A stretch of DNA of 64,000 nt, taken from assembly GCF_006345805.1 (NCBI RefSeq), contig NC_043008.1, positions 60,760,001 through 60,824,000 on the forward strand, in the 5' to 3' direction. The stretch comes from Octopus sinensis (lineage: Eukaryota). Position 1 is the first letter of the stretch; each line of letters opens with the position of its first letter. The position numbers and the translations under genes were made by a program. Below, in pieces: positions 38,620-51,483 of this stretch. The notes beneath the pieces are model-generated. The model did not search any database. It saw only the letters and a program-made list of their open reading frames with translations, and had not been told where the DNA came from.

Positions 38620-39239
38620 GGAATATATAAATATTTTTTTCTGGAAATGAGAATTACGTCCACCGTTCTGCTCTACTCACTATAATCTTTAAAAACTTTT
38701 CCAGTATCCTCACTGAACTTTGATTGGAAATGCTCAATAATGTACAATGCTACCATCCTAACCGGGAGCATGTACAACTCGTATCTATATCGGTCAGCTT
38801 GATTGAATGTATTTAACAACGTACGATCTGCATAAAGATTTTTTTTTATAGTGGCCAAATATACATATGGTACATTAGTTCACTCCCCTATCAAATCGAC
38901 GTTTCCTGAAGAGGTGCACGGTGTATTACTTATCAAAGTGATCGCTGAGCAACGGGAGATGAAATGTTTTGTTCAAAAACACTACCCACCACTCGGTCAA
39001 GGAATTGAATCCACGATCTCGCGATCGTAAGTGCAACAGCCTGACCCCTATATATACTCAGCCACAAGTAATGTTTAATACACCTTACTTTTGTTAAAAC
39101 AAAAACGTGTATGAAAATTAGTTTCGCAAACTGTTTAAAATCCCAAAGAAAAGAGAATTCGAAGCTGACATACCTCTCAATCATGTAAGTTTGACGAAAC
39201 GTTCAATGCTTGTAAATGATGCATAAAAGAAATAGTGAT

Positions 39240-39495
39240 TTCGAATTTTGGAACCAAGCCAGCAATTTCGGGGAAGCGGAAAACGGATTGCATCGACTCC
39301 AGCGTTCAACTGGTACTTATTTTATCGACTCCGATAGGATGAAATGCAAAGTCGACCACGGTGGAATTTGAGCTCAGAATGGAGCGACGGGCGAAACAAC
39401 GCTAAGCATTTCGTCCAGGGTAGTATTTGAACTCAGAATAAAAACGGATGAAATACTGCTAAGCATTTTGCCCCGCGTGCTAACGATTCTGTAAA
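39240..39495 (-). mobile_element. SINE family A with internally duplicated head
   Basis: Two TTTGA(G/A)CTCAGAA...GCTAAGCATTT blocks in tandem. Confidence 0.75.
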
Positions 39496-40147
39496 ACCAC
39501 CCATCTAAGTAAAGAAGAAAAATTGCTATTACTTATGTATTCCCTTCGTTCATTTGAAGAAGAAAAATACTCAAAAATATAAACTGTTTTGACAAGAAAT
39601 ATATAGCGAAACAAGAATTGAGTAGAGGCTATTTAGATGACAAAAGAAATTGATTTGCAAAATTTTGCAAATATTTGTCATTGTACATAAGGCGATATTG
39701 GTTCGATTTACGTGCGGGATTCAGTTTGTAAATATTTAGCACCGTTTATAATCATATCTGAGAAAGAGAGGAGTATTAATATTTAAAAGTAAAAAATTAT
39801 CAACAAAAATGTATTTCAGAAATTCAAAATATAAAATATACGAAATAATTTACATAAAAACGTCAGGCGGGTGGATGCAGAGTTGTATGACCACACATAT
39901 GAAGGGTGGACTTATTTTAGCGACAGAAAATATAGCAGGTAGTACCTTCACATGGTACATTAAAAGATATTTTTATTTCTACTGTTGTAGAAAACGTATG
40001 GAGTGTGTATGCGCGCGCGTCCCACCGCTGGTCGGATTTTTATTTTCTTTTGCCTCCGTAACTTAATGGTTCAGCAAAACGGACACACTGCATTACACAT
40101 TTCTCTCTCACTCATTCTTTCTCATTCCGTATGTATGTATACATGTA

Positions 40148-40189
<42 letters not shown>

Positions 40190-40228
40190 TTTGTACTGTA
40201 TTTATTATATACTACCATTATGACTCGG

Positions 40229-40532
40229 CGTTGCTGGGTCATAGTGCTAGCTTGGTATAAATTTGTTAACTTGAAAATTTGGGGTAATAAAACATACAAT
40301 GACACATTAAAAAGGCGAATTAATATTCCAGAGAAAAATACAGAAGAAAGATTGAGAGAAAGTTGTGGCGAAAGAGTACAGCAGGGATCGCCACCACCCC
40401 CTGCTGCAGCCTCGTGTTTTAGGTGTTTTAGGTGTTTTCGCTCAATAAAAACTCACAACGCCCGGTCTGGTAATCGAAACCGTGATCCTACGACCGCGAG
40501 TCTGCTGCCCTAACCACTGGGCCATTGCGCCT

Positions 40533-40534
<2 letters not shown>
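40229..40534 (-). mobile_element. SINE family C head/body fused to a ~115-bp segment shared with 10696-10813
   Basis: C part 40341-40534; GTCATAGTGCTAG(C/T)TTGGTATAAATTTGTTAA block shared. Confidence 0.85.
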
Positions 40535-40624
<90 letters not shown>

Positions 40625-40933
40625 TATTGCTTCAGAGAGTCGTGTGGCTCCCATTGAAGGCTCCACTTACGGATGCGATTTGCGAATTATATGCCGTACA
40701 TGCGTTTTAATGCAATCATCTAAGCATAATTTATTCCACGCTGGAATTATCACTACAAGATGAAAGTTGTGAAAGCTTTATAGTTTGTGTTCAAATTCTG
40801 CCGAGGTCGACAGTGTCCCCTGCCCCTTCGGGATCGATAAAATAAGCGGCAGTTGAGCACAGATCGATGTAATTTACTAGTCTGCTCCTCACAAAAATTT
40901 CATACTCTATTATTGTTATTACATGCCAGCTTA

Positions 40934-41380
40934 AGGCGGCGAGCGGACAGAAACGTTAGCACGCCGGGCGAAATGCGTAGCCGTATTCCGTCTGCCGTTA
41001 CGTTCGCACGCCGGTCGAATTCCGTAGCAGTATTTCGTCTGCCGTTACGTTCTGAGTTCAAATTCTGCCGAGGTCAACTTTGCCTTTCATCCTTTCGGGG
41101 TCGATAAATTAAGTACCAGTTACGCACTGGGATCGATATAATCGACTTAATCCGTTTGTCTGTCCTTGTTTGTCAAGAGAAAGAAACGTTAGCACGCCGG
41201 GCAAAATGGTTAGCAACACATCGTTTGTCTTTACGTTTTGAATTTCAAATTCCAGTGAGGTAGACTTTACGTTACAACCTTTCTGGATCGATAAAATGAG
41301 TACTAGTTGAGCACTGGGATCGATGTAATCGACTTACAACCCCACTCGAACTTACTGGCCTTGTACTAAAATTTGAAATC
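40934..41380 (+). mobile_element. Cluster of SINE family A copies
   Basis: Young copy with an internal head duplication (40934-41175) followed by an older copy. Confidence 0.85.
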
Positions 41381-41402
41381 CTTACATATCAGTTAAATGT
41401 CA

Positions 41403-41745
41403 GGTGAAGGCGCTTGGCTCAGTGGTTAGAGAGTCTGGCTCACAATCATGAGGTCGTGAGTTCGTTTCCCGGATCGGATTGTGTGATGTGTTGTGTTCCT
41501 AAGCAAGACACTTTATTTCCCGTTGCCCCAGTTCGGGCAGCTGTAGAAACGAGATACGATGTCACTGGTGCCAAGCATTATCGGTATTTCCCTTTCTCTT
41601 GGATAATATCCTAGCTGTAGAGAGGGGATGCTGGCATGTATAGGCGACAGCTGGTCTTCTATAAACAACCTTGTCGCACTTGTCCCCCCGGATGAGATGT
41701 TCCTAGGTGTAATCCCATGGTCATTCATGGCCGAAGGTGGTCTTT
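41403..41745 (+). mobile_element. SINE family D
   Basis: GGTGAAGGCGCTTGGCTCAGTGGTTAGAG head; colinear with 55772-56108. Confidence 0.85.
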
Positions 41746-41756
41746 TTATGTCAGTT

Positions 41757-41940
41757 TAGAGTGGCGAGCTGGCCGAAACATTGACGCGCCGGTTAAAATG
41801 CTCAGCTGCATTTCGTCCGCCTTAAAGTTTTAAATTTCAAATTTAACCTTTCGGGGTCGATATAATAAGTACCAGTAGATCACAGGGGTCGATGTAATTG
41901 ACACGTCACCGAAATTGCTGGCCTTGTGCAAACTTTGAAA
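41757..41940 (+). mobile_element. SINE family A, degenerate
   Basis: GGCGAGCTGGCCGAAAC head and GGGGTCGATGTAATTGAC. Confidence 0.78.
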
Positions 41941-43524
41941 CTATTATTATAAGTCATCTACTTTCATTTTCTTGATTGAAAGTCATGTCTCATTCCTACA
42001 TGGATTAACGCTAATCTCTCTTATTTCGAGTGGCCGATGATTTTCGAGACGTATTTGTTTTTCTTTTGTATTTTTAATAATCTTGATAGATTTTGTCTAC
42101 TTATCATATAGAAACCCTTAGATTATAACAATTTTCAATTTATTCTGTTATAAATGTGAAACCTTACTAAAAGTATTCCTCTTAGATAGCCTTCTATTCT
42201 ACTGTTTCTCTGTCTCCCTGTCTCTATCTCGCTCTCTCTGTTTCTGCCTCTGTTTCTATCTTTCTCTCTGTGTGTAAGCATAAACGGCAAAGAAGTGGAT
42301 AGTGTACACAGAAAAGAGAAAGAGACAATGTGTCAGATACGGCTACATGATGGCAGAAAGGAGGAAGAGAATCTTAAAGGAAAATGACAAAGATATGTGG
42401 GAGCGATGTGGAGATCGGTGGGGAAGATTGGATGCGGGAGCAATTTATTGATGGCGAGTCCAAGTGAAGTTAGATTCGACATCATGTGTCCACTGCAATT
42501 TGGTAGTATGACCATTGCTTTCCTACGACTGACCTCTTCTGACATCAGTGACCAGAAGTCAATCAAAAGGTCATCTAATGGCTGTAAGGTCAAAGGTGTA
42601 CTGGCGGGAATCCTTTGGAAGTTATTGTCTGAGATGTCAGGTGATTCAAATATACATACAATTGTTGATGCAAACATATACACAAACACATGTATAGACA
42701 AACACACATGCACATTTACATGTGCAGCAAAACAACCGCACACATATAAACATACGCACCCATACACAAATGCATATACTACCAAACATTGACAAGCATA
42801 TACACAGGAATACAAACACATACGTACCCCATATGCATGTATAAATACAGACACACCGCTTGATATAATAACAGTCCTGTTGTCTTTGCTCCTTTAGTTT
42901 GTACACCAGTCCGATCCAAAGTCGGACTCTATAAATGGCTGCTGGAATTGCCGCATGTAACAGCTACGTTTCCTTAAATAACACCCAATCGTCTTATAAA
43001 ATGGAAGGATGCATTGTATAACACCATGAAAAAGAATGGATAGTCATGGATGGATTGCATTTAATTATAGATTTGTCAACTCAGAAATGACCTATAGAAA
43101 TACGATATTGATGCAAATGAGTGTGTATGTGTGTGTGTGTGTGTGTGTGTAGGTACAGCGTGATCCTGTGGTAAAATTTTGCTTCTCAAATACAAACTTC
43201 CGGATTCAGTCCCACTGCGTTTCCATTATACTCTCGAACCAACCAAAACCTTGTGAGTGCATTTGCCAGACGGAACATGACAGAAGCCAGTCGTGTATGC
43301 ATATATGTATGTTCTATCTTTTAATTATTATAAATCTTCCAGTGAGGGAGCCGGCTTCCAATGTGTATGTATATATATATATATATATATATATACAACA
43401 TGAGATATTTTGGTAACCAGAAGACCCAAAAGGCAGGTAAGTCTATGTAAGTGCTACAGAAGCTCCCGGTTCAATAAAACATGATTGTGGAGTCTAAGGT
43501 AGGTCGTGTGTGAGTTTGTATATG

Positions 43525-44153
43525 TTAAATAGAATAAGATAACAAGGTGAAGGCAATTTGATATCCCTAGGACATTTATAGATAGAAAGGTGATCCTGCA
43601 TTTGTTTCAGGGATGTAAATGATATCCCATCGTCAGAGGCGAGTTAAAAGAGCTTCAATAGAAGGAATAAGCAGAATTCAAGAAATTAGATATGATGCAG
43701 CAAGTATAAAGGAAAATACGAGAATAATAATGCATGTTGGATGTTAAAGTTCGTGTTTTGTTATCCAAGAATTGTGTTGTGCAGAATGAGTAAAGCGTCT
43801 TCCTGTCCAAGATGTGTAAAGTCCGATAAGAATTCGTATGTTGCTGAATTCTTATCGGACTTTACACATCATGGACACGAAGACGCTTTACCCATTGTGC
43901 GCAACACATTTCTTGGATAAGGAAACACCAACTTTAACATCCAACAGGTAGTTTTATTTTCGTATTTTTCTTTTATACTTTCTGCGTTAAATCTAAGTTC
44001 TTGTATATCTCTCCCTCTCCAGAATAACTTCTTCTAAGCAAATGGACTCTACCAATTCCTTATATTGAAGCTCTTTTAACCCACCTCTCTTTCTATTTAT
44101 AAATGTCCTAGGGATACCATATTGCCTTGGTCTTGTTATCTTATTTTATCTAA
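43525..44153. mobile_element. ~630-bp imperfect foldback element
   Basis: Arms 43525-43835 and 43846-44153 around a 10-nt loop; each arm has a private ~40-45-bp segment; HHR relic in the left arm. Confidence 0.85.
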
Positions 44154-44912
44154 GACACACACACACACACTTACACACATACACACACACATATACATAT
44201 ACACACACATATACATATACACACACACACACTTACACACACACACTTACACACATATACACATACACACACACATATATATAAACACACACACACATAT
44301 ATATACACACACACACATATATATATACCCACACATACATTCTGTGTGCCTGTCTTTGTGTCTGTGTTTGTCCCCTACTACCGCTTGACAATCAGTGTTG
44401 GTTCCTTTACGACCCTGTAAGCTAGCGGTTCGATAAAGGAGAAATATAGAACAAGTACCAGAAAAGTAGAGGTCGATTCGCTCGATTAAAAACATCGTCA
44501 AAGCGGTGAACCATCATGGCCGCAGTCCGATGACTGAAAGGAGTAAACTATATAAAAAAAATGAAAGATATATATATATATGCATGCGTATAAATGAATG
44601 TGCTTACATGTACGTGTGTCTGTGTGGGTGTATTTTCTATACATTTCTTGTATCACTTTTTACCAATACTAAGGGAAAGAAAATAATGATAGAAATACTA
44701 CAGAAGAGACTGATTGAGAGAAATAAGAAGCGGGAAGATACGATACAGAAATACATCGCAAACCCGCCCACGTGAAATAAAGAACACATTAATTGACCTC
44801 TACGCGTATATGTAAGTTGTAGCTTATGCATGCTATAAAGTCAAAACTGAGCATGTAGTTTTATGCATACATGAATACATGCATGGATCTCTCTCTCTCT
44901 ATCAATTATATG

Positions 44913-44975
<63 letters not shown>

Positions 44976-45011
44976 CATGCATACATACATACATGCATAC
45001 ATACATACATA

Positions 45012-45310
45012 TACTCTTACTCTTTACTCTTTAACTTGTTTCAGTCATTTGACTGTGGACATGCTGGAGCACCGCCTTTCAGTCGAGCAAATCAAACCCA
45101 GGACTAATTCTTTATAAGCCTAGTACTTATTCTATCGGTGTTGTTCTGTTTACGTCAATGTAACTTGGCAAATCGCTAAATAGACCGATAAAATAAGTAG
45201 CAGGCTTTGGAAAAATATAAATACTGGGGTCGAGTAAAAATTCTTCCAGACGGTGCCCCAACATGGTCGCAATCTAATGACTGAAACAAGTAGAAGATAA
45301 AAGATAAAAG
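45012..45310. mobile_element. Two opposed 3' halves of SINE family B
   Basis: Minus-strand young 3' end (45012-45140) abuts a plus-strand older 3' end (45140-45310). Confidence 0.75.
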
Positions 45311-45610
45311 GTATATATTTTATATCTGTATAAATATGTGAATCTGAACTTGAGTCCCTGTGAACTTGATTACTTTAAGGGTCTAGGGAAAGGTCTAGTT
45401 GAAGACCCAGCCAAGGTCATTTAAAGAGCTAGAAAAAAAACAACAAAACAAACTAAAGGACCGCTGCAATAGCTCTGTGTTTATATTGAGTTCGATTTTG
45501 CCTTTAACCTTGTCGGGATCGATAAAATAAGTACCTGTTGAATATTGGTGTCGATGTAATCGACTCATCTCTTTCCCCGAAAATTGCTGCTCTTCTGTCA
45601 AAATTTTGAA

Positions 45611-46030
45611 AGGGCGGTGAGCTGGCAGAATCCTTAGCACGCCGGGCGAAATGCTTAGCGGTATTTCGTCTGCCGCTACGTTCTGAGTTCAAATCCCACG
45701 GAGGTCGACTTTGCCTTTCATCCTTTCGGGGTCGATAAATTAAGTACCAGTTACGCACTGGGGTCGATATAATCGACTTAATCAGTTTTTCTGTCCTTGT
45801 TTGTCCCCTCTGTGTTTAGCCCCTTGTGGGTAGTAAAGAAATAAATATTTCGTCTGCTGTTACGTTCTGTGTTCAAATTCCACAGAAATCGATTTTGCGT
45901 TTCATTCTTTCGGAGTCTATTAAATAAGTACCAGTTACGTACTGGGGTCGATGTAATTAACTTATTCCTTTTTTCTGTCCTTGTTTGTCCCCTATATGTT
46001 TACCCCACTGTGGGCAATAAAGAAATAAGT
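45611..46030 (+). mobile_element. SINE family A dimer
   Basis: Second unit starts TATTTCGTCTGCTG at ~45846. Confidence 0.9.
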
Positions 46031-46364
46031 GATTGTATATATAGCAACAGCGTTACAATGGCCAATCTGCTTTCTTATTGTTAGAGCGTTGGAGAATATT
46101 CTTTGATGTATCACAAGCCAGTCTTTAAGTTCTGATGACAATGCATGTAACGAGATGCATATGGTGTCGCGGACACTGCCGGTTTTCATACATGAGAAAT
46201 TCTTGAGCAACAGGGGGAGATAACTCTGCCTTTTATATTCTACATGTTTCAGTCATAAGACAGTGATCATGCTGGGCCATCCCTTGAAGCGTTTCAGTTG
46301 AACAATTCGGCCCCAGTACTTAATTTTTAAGGCCTGATATCGTATCGGATATTTGCCGAACCGT

Positions 46365-46573
46365 TAAATTATTTTCTATTCTAAGCACAAGCCCCGAATC
46401 TTCGGTAGGAGGGGCTAGTTAATTAGATCGACCCCAGTACGGTAAAGGTACTTAATTTATCGACCCTGAAAAGATGATAGGCAAAGTGGACATCGGCGGA
46501 ATTTGAACTCAGAACTCAAAGACAGAAGAAATTCCGCTAAACATTTCTAACGTTTCTGCCAGGTCGCCACCTT
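46365..46573 (-). mobile_element. SINE family A, older tail variant
   Basis: GGCAAAGTGGACATCGGCGGAATTTGAACTCAGAAC...CGTTTCTGCCAGGTCGCCACCTT. Confidence 0.8.
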
Positions 46574-46602
46574 GCGCCGAACCGTTAAATTACAAGAGCG
46601 AA

Positions 46603-46905
46603 AACACACACACACGCACACACACACACACGCACACACACACATGCAAACACAGACAGACACACACACACACACACACACAGACACACGCACACACACA
46701 CAGATGCACGCACACGCACACAGACAGATGCACATACAGAACACACTTACACAGATACACACACACACACACACACACGCACACACACACAGATGCACGC
46801 ACACGCACACAGACAGATGCACATACAGAACACACTTACACAGATACACACACGCGTGCACACACAGGCACATACATGCACGCACAGATACACACACACA
46901 CACGC
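46603..46905. repeat. CA-rich compound repeat with an internal ~66-bp duplication
   Basis: CAGATGCACGCACACGCACACAGACAGATGCACATACAGAACACACTTACACAGATAC occurs twice. Confidence 0.85.
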
Positions 46906-47094
46906 AACCGCACTTTCAATTTCCCTCTGTCGCATCCACCCATAAGTCAATGGTCAAGCATTGTGTATGTTTTTGTCTGTACCTGTCCCTCACCCCCGCA
47001 TGACAGCCGGTGCGGGTGTACTTACATCCCTGTAACACAGAAGACACGCACACACGCACACACACATACAGACACAGGCACACACAGAGATGCC

Positions 47095-47450
47095 CGCACA
47101 AATCGACCTCAGGACTTATTCTTTGGAAGCCTATAACTTATTCTATCGGTCTCTTTTGCCGAACCGCTAAGTTACGGGCACGTAAACACACCAGGATCGG
47201 TTGTCAAGCGATGTTGAGGTGAGGGGGGGGGGACAGATACATAAACACAAATACACACATATACATACATATATACATATATTCGACGGGCTTCTTTCAA
47301 TTTCCGTCTACCAAATCCACTCACAAGGCTTTGGTCGGCCCGAGACTATAGCAGAAGACACTTGCCCAAGATGCCACGCAGTGGGACTGAACCCGGAACC
47401 ATGTGGTTGGTAAGCAAGCTACTTACCACACAACCACTCCTGCACCTATA
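47095..47450 (-). mobile_element. SINE family B (3' end truncated)
   Basis: Colinear match. Confidence 0.9.
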
Positions 47451-48423
47451 TATATCAATATATACATAAACATGTATACACACATACATGTGTATGTATA
47501 TATATATAATGCGTACATGCACATTCGCGGGCCCGATGGAGTGTTTGTTTGTGCATGCATTCGCGAATTCTCTTAACCCCCCTCAAAGAGGAGTGTTTTG
47601 TTAGTGCATCGGTTTAGTTCTGATATCGAAGGAGTGGGGCCGTTCCTTCGTGTCAGGATCCTGACTCCTCCTTTTAATAACATAAACAGATAAACATTCC
47701 AATGACTAATACAACCTCGTAGCCCCTTTGAACTTTTAGGGTATCGTCAGAGGCCTTGGTCTCCCACCTTACGAAACTTATTCCAGCGGCTTAGAACGTG
47801 TTAATATGTATGTACGTGTGTGTGTGTGTGCGTGTCTGTGTTGATAATGCTACGGCCGAGAGAGTTGGAGAACCAGTGAGTGGGATGCAACAGATAGTGG
47901 GGAATAGAATGTAGGGAGAGAAGAAAGGAGGAGTGGAGAGTGAGAGAGACGAAGAGAAAGATGGAGAAAAAGAGAGAGAAAGTGTTTAATATATCGGAGA
48001 AAACACCTAAGCACTTCTTACGATCTGTCGCCGTTTAGTGGAATATAAGCGCGGCTGAGCTACTTTGCGTGTGTGTTTGTCTCCAGTGACCGTTTTCAGT
48101 TTCGTTCTACGTTTGTTATGTAGTGCGTAAGATAATATTATAATACCGAATGCGTGTAGAGGATACACGTTCACGTATATATATGAAATTGAAAATGTCA
48201 ATGGCATGTGTATACACACACATACACACACACATACAGGCGTGCACACGCACATATGCACACACGCACATATGCACACACGCAGACTCAAACATATTTA
48301 TATGTAAATATATATTAAGTCATTTTGAAACAATTTTATCAAAAACTACTGCCTACTCTGCGAATGTACACACACACACATATATATATGTGTGTATATA
48401 TATGTATATATACATACACACAC

Positions 48424-48520
<97 letters not shown>

Positions 48521-48546
48521 GTGTGTGTGTGTGTGTGTGTGTGTGT

Positions 48547-48842
48547 GGAGGCGCAATGACAATGGCCCAGTGGTTAGGGCAGCGGACTTGCGGTTGTAGG
48601 ACCGCGGTTTCGATTCCCAGACCGGGCGTTGTGAGTGTTTATTGAGCGAAAACACCCGAAGCTCCACGATGTATCCGGCAGGGGTTAGTGGTGATCCCTG
48701 CTGTATTCTTTCGCTACAACTTTCTCTCACTCTTTCTTCTGTTGACCTGCTCACTTAGCCAGCGGGGTGGCGTCATTTGAAGGCTAAAACAATGCGAAGC
48801 GCATTGTGACCAGCGATGTGTAGCACAGTGGTCACGGTGATA
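48547..48842 (+). mobile_element. SINE family C with tail type 1
   Basis: Colinear with 6895-7207. Confidence 0.9.
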
Positions 48843-49161
48843 TATATATATAAACATACATATTTGTTTTTCCAATACAGACATATATCTACTGCGTATG
48901 TGTGAGTATAGAATCTAAGAAGTGTTTATGTTTACGTGACGTGTGTGTGTGCATAACTGTGTTCGCCAAAGGGAGAGCTAGATCGACATTATACGACGTC
49001 ATAGACACATCTCATTTTATGTGTGCGTGTGTGGATACAATGAATACATTAACGGGTGTATATAACGACTTGGTTAATGTAAAAGTCATCCCTTATTCGT
49101 CCCACATCAACAAAAATGCGTTTCACTTAATCCTTCCTTCTCACCCTCTCTCTTATACCCT

Positions 49162-49162
<1 letters not shown>

Positions 49163-49222
<60 letters not shown>
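49163..49222. repeat. (TATC)15 microsatellite
   Basis: Direct count. Confidence 0.95.
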
Positions 49223-49223
<1 letters not shown>

Positions 49224-50025
49224 CAACCTTACTTGCTTTCCCCTTTACACCATACATCATAACACTGTGATACACGATCCCTATTGATCGTTTTTTTTTT
49301 CCTCTTCCCCCTTTTTTCTTCTTTTTTCGTTTCTCTTTTCTTTTGTTCCTTTTCCTTTTCTTCTTTTTTTTTTTTTTTTTTTTTTGTTCTTTTCTTCCCT
49401 TTTACGATCCCTCTTGATCGAAAACCTACGCCACCCCATTTTTTTTTTGTTTCTTTTGTTTTTTGTTTTTTTTCATCCCCCAAAAGAAAAGCTCTACCTT
49501 GTAACTTGTCCCATCTGTGTGCAGCCCTGTGTGGCCAATAAAGAAACTTATCTATCTATCTATCTGTCTATCTATCTCTTCTTTCTACTTATCTTCTTTT
49601 TTGCGTCTTCTTCTCTGTATCTCATCGCTTCTCTCTCTCTCACTCCATCATATTACGTATGTCTTTATGATTTAATAGACGAAATAAGAAAAAAAGCTGT
49701 TTTAATCTAAATCCTTTACTTGTTTACAAAGACATTGGACTGTGGTCGTGCTGGTACACAACACTTTTCAAAAGCTTGGTATTTATTCTGTCGGACACTT
49801 TTAGCCGAACCGTTAAGTTACGGGTACGATAAAAAACCAGTATCGGTTTTTCACATGGTGTTGGTGGACAAAGACGAAGACACACAAACACACACACACC
49901 TTATGCGCCAGGCTTCTTTCAGACTTCAACCAAATCCACCCGTAAATTTTTGGTGGGCCTGGGGTCTGACAGAAGATACAAACCTAAGCCATCGCCCGCC
50001 AAGGTCGACTTTGCCTTTCATCCTG

Positions 50026-50040
50026 CTACTACTACAACTA

Positions 50041-50089
<49 letters not shown>

Positions 50090-50546
50090 CACTACTACTG
50101 CTGCTGCTACCACTAATAGTGTTACTACTACTACTACTACTACTACTACTGGATATTTTCGGTTTGAAAGGCAGTTTTTTTCTAGCGGTGTCATATGAAA
50201 TTGTCACCCATAATTATGACCCTAGTATCGATCTATTGCATTTCAATCTGTTTTAGGGTTAGAGTTAGTTAGGGTTAGGGGTGGGGGAAGGGTATCTTTT
50301 TTTTCTTCAGAAATGTAAATAAACCCAATCTGTTTCTTAAACGAGGGACTTATTCATACGGCACAGAATGTTTTTCATCTCAATAGACGTCATTGGTTGG
50401 TTGAAATTGCAGAAATTGAAGAAAAAAAACAACAAATATCTTTTCTCAATAAGGCCAAGAGAAAAAAGATGTTTTATACGAAGTTTAAAAGTGCTTAGTT
50501 ACGTGGAAACTATTTAAAAAAACTGCCGTTCAAACCGAATAGGTCC

Positions 50547-50586
<40 letters not shown>

Positions 50587-50679
50587 AACTGCTGCTGCTG
50601 ATACTACTACTTCTGCAGCCTACTACTACTACTATTACTACTACTGCTTCTGCTACTAATACTGTTGCTGCTGCTGCTG

Positions 50680-50731
<52 letters not shown>

Positions 50732-50876
50732 CACTACTGCTACTACTACTGCTACCTACTACTACTACTACTACTACTATTACTACTATTACTCCTACTG
50801 CTTCTGCTACTATTACTACTACTACTACTACTGTTGCTTCTACTACTACTACCACTCCTACTTTTACTGCTGCTGA

Positions 50877-50923
<47 letters not shown>

Positions 50924-51046
50924 TTACTACTCCTACTACTATTACTACTACTCCTACTACTAATGCTGCTAATATTACAACTAATAGTAGTAACACTGCT
51001 GCTCTTACTACTACCACTACTACTGCTGCTGCTGCTTCTGCTGCGA

Positions 51047-51087
<41 letters not shown>

Positions 51088-51470
51088 GCTGCTGCTGCTT
51101 CTGCTGCTGCCTATACTACTACTACAACTTATTCTGCTTCTACTACCACCAACACCATCACCACCACTACTACTACTATAACCGTCAGTAACAGTACTAC
51201 CACTACTATCTACAGCATCAGCACCATCACCACTACCAGCATCACCGCCACCATCATTTACAGGAACGCTACAGCCGCCACTATTATAACTACCACCACC
51301 ACCACATTACCCCAACAAAACCACTCCACTCCACCACTGCTACAACCTCCACCACCACACCGCTACCATGTGCAACACAATCGCCACTACTACTACAACC
51401 CAAACTACGACGCACTTCATCACAGTCATTACCACCTCCAACACGACCTTCATTTTCTACTTCGTTTTAA
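50026..51470. repeat. Long (CTA/CTG/CAC)n trinucleotide tract interrupted by a MITE
   Basis: Directly visible. Confidence 0.9.
50151..50546. mobile_element. MITE with 31-bp TIRs and internal TTAGGG-like repeats
   Basis: 50151-50181 pairs with 50516-50546 (4 mismatches); TTAGGG/TTAGAG run at 50253-50280. Confidence 0.75.
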
Positions 51471-51483
51471 TGAGCAGTAGTAT

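Noticed and set aside
42333-42650. GC-richer segment open on both strands
   Set aside because: No identifiable domain; the ORF length is inflated by adjacent microsatellite.
50665-51480. 271-aa Thr/Ala-rich mucin-like ORF
   Set aside because: It is a read-through of (CTA/CAC)n, open in several frames on both strands, with no splice or domain support; the tract also hosts a MITE.
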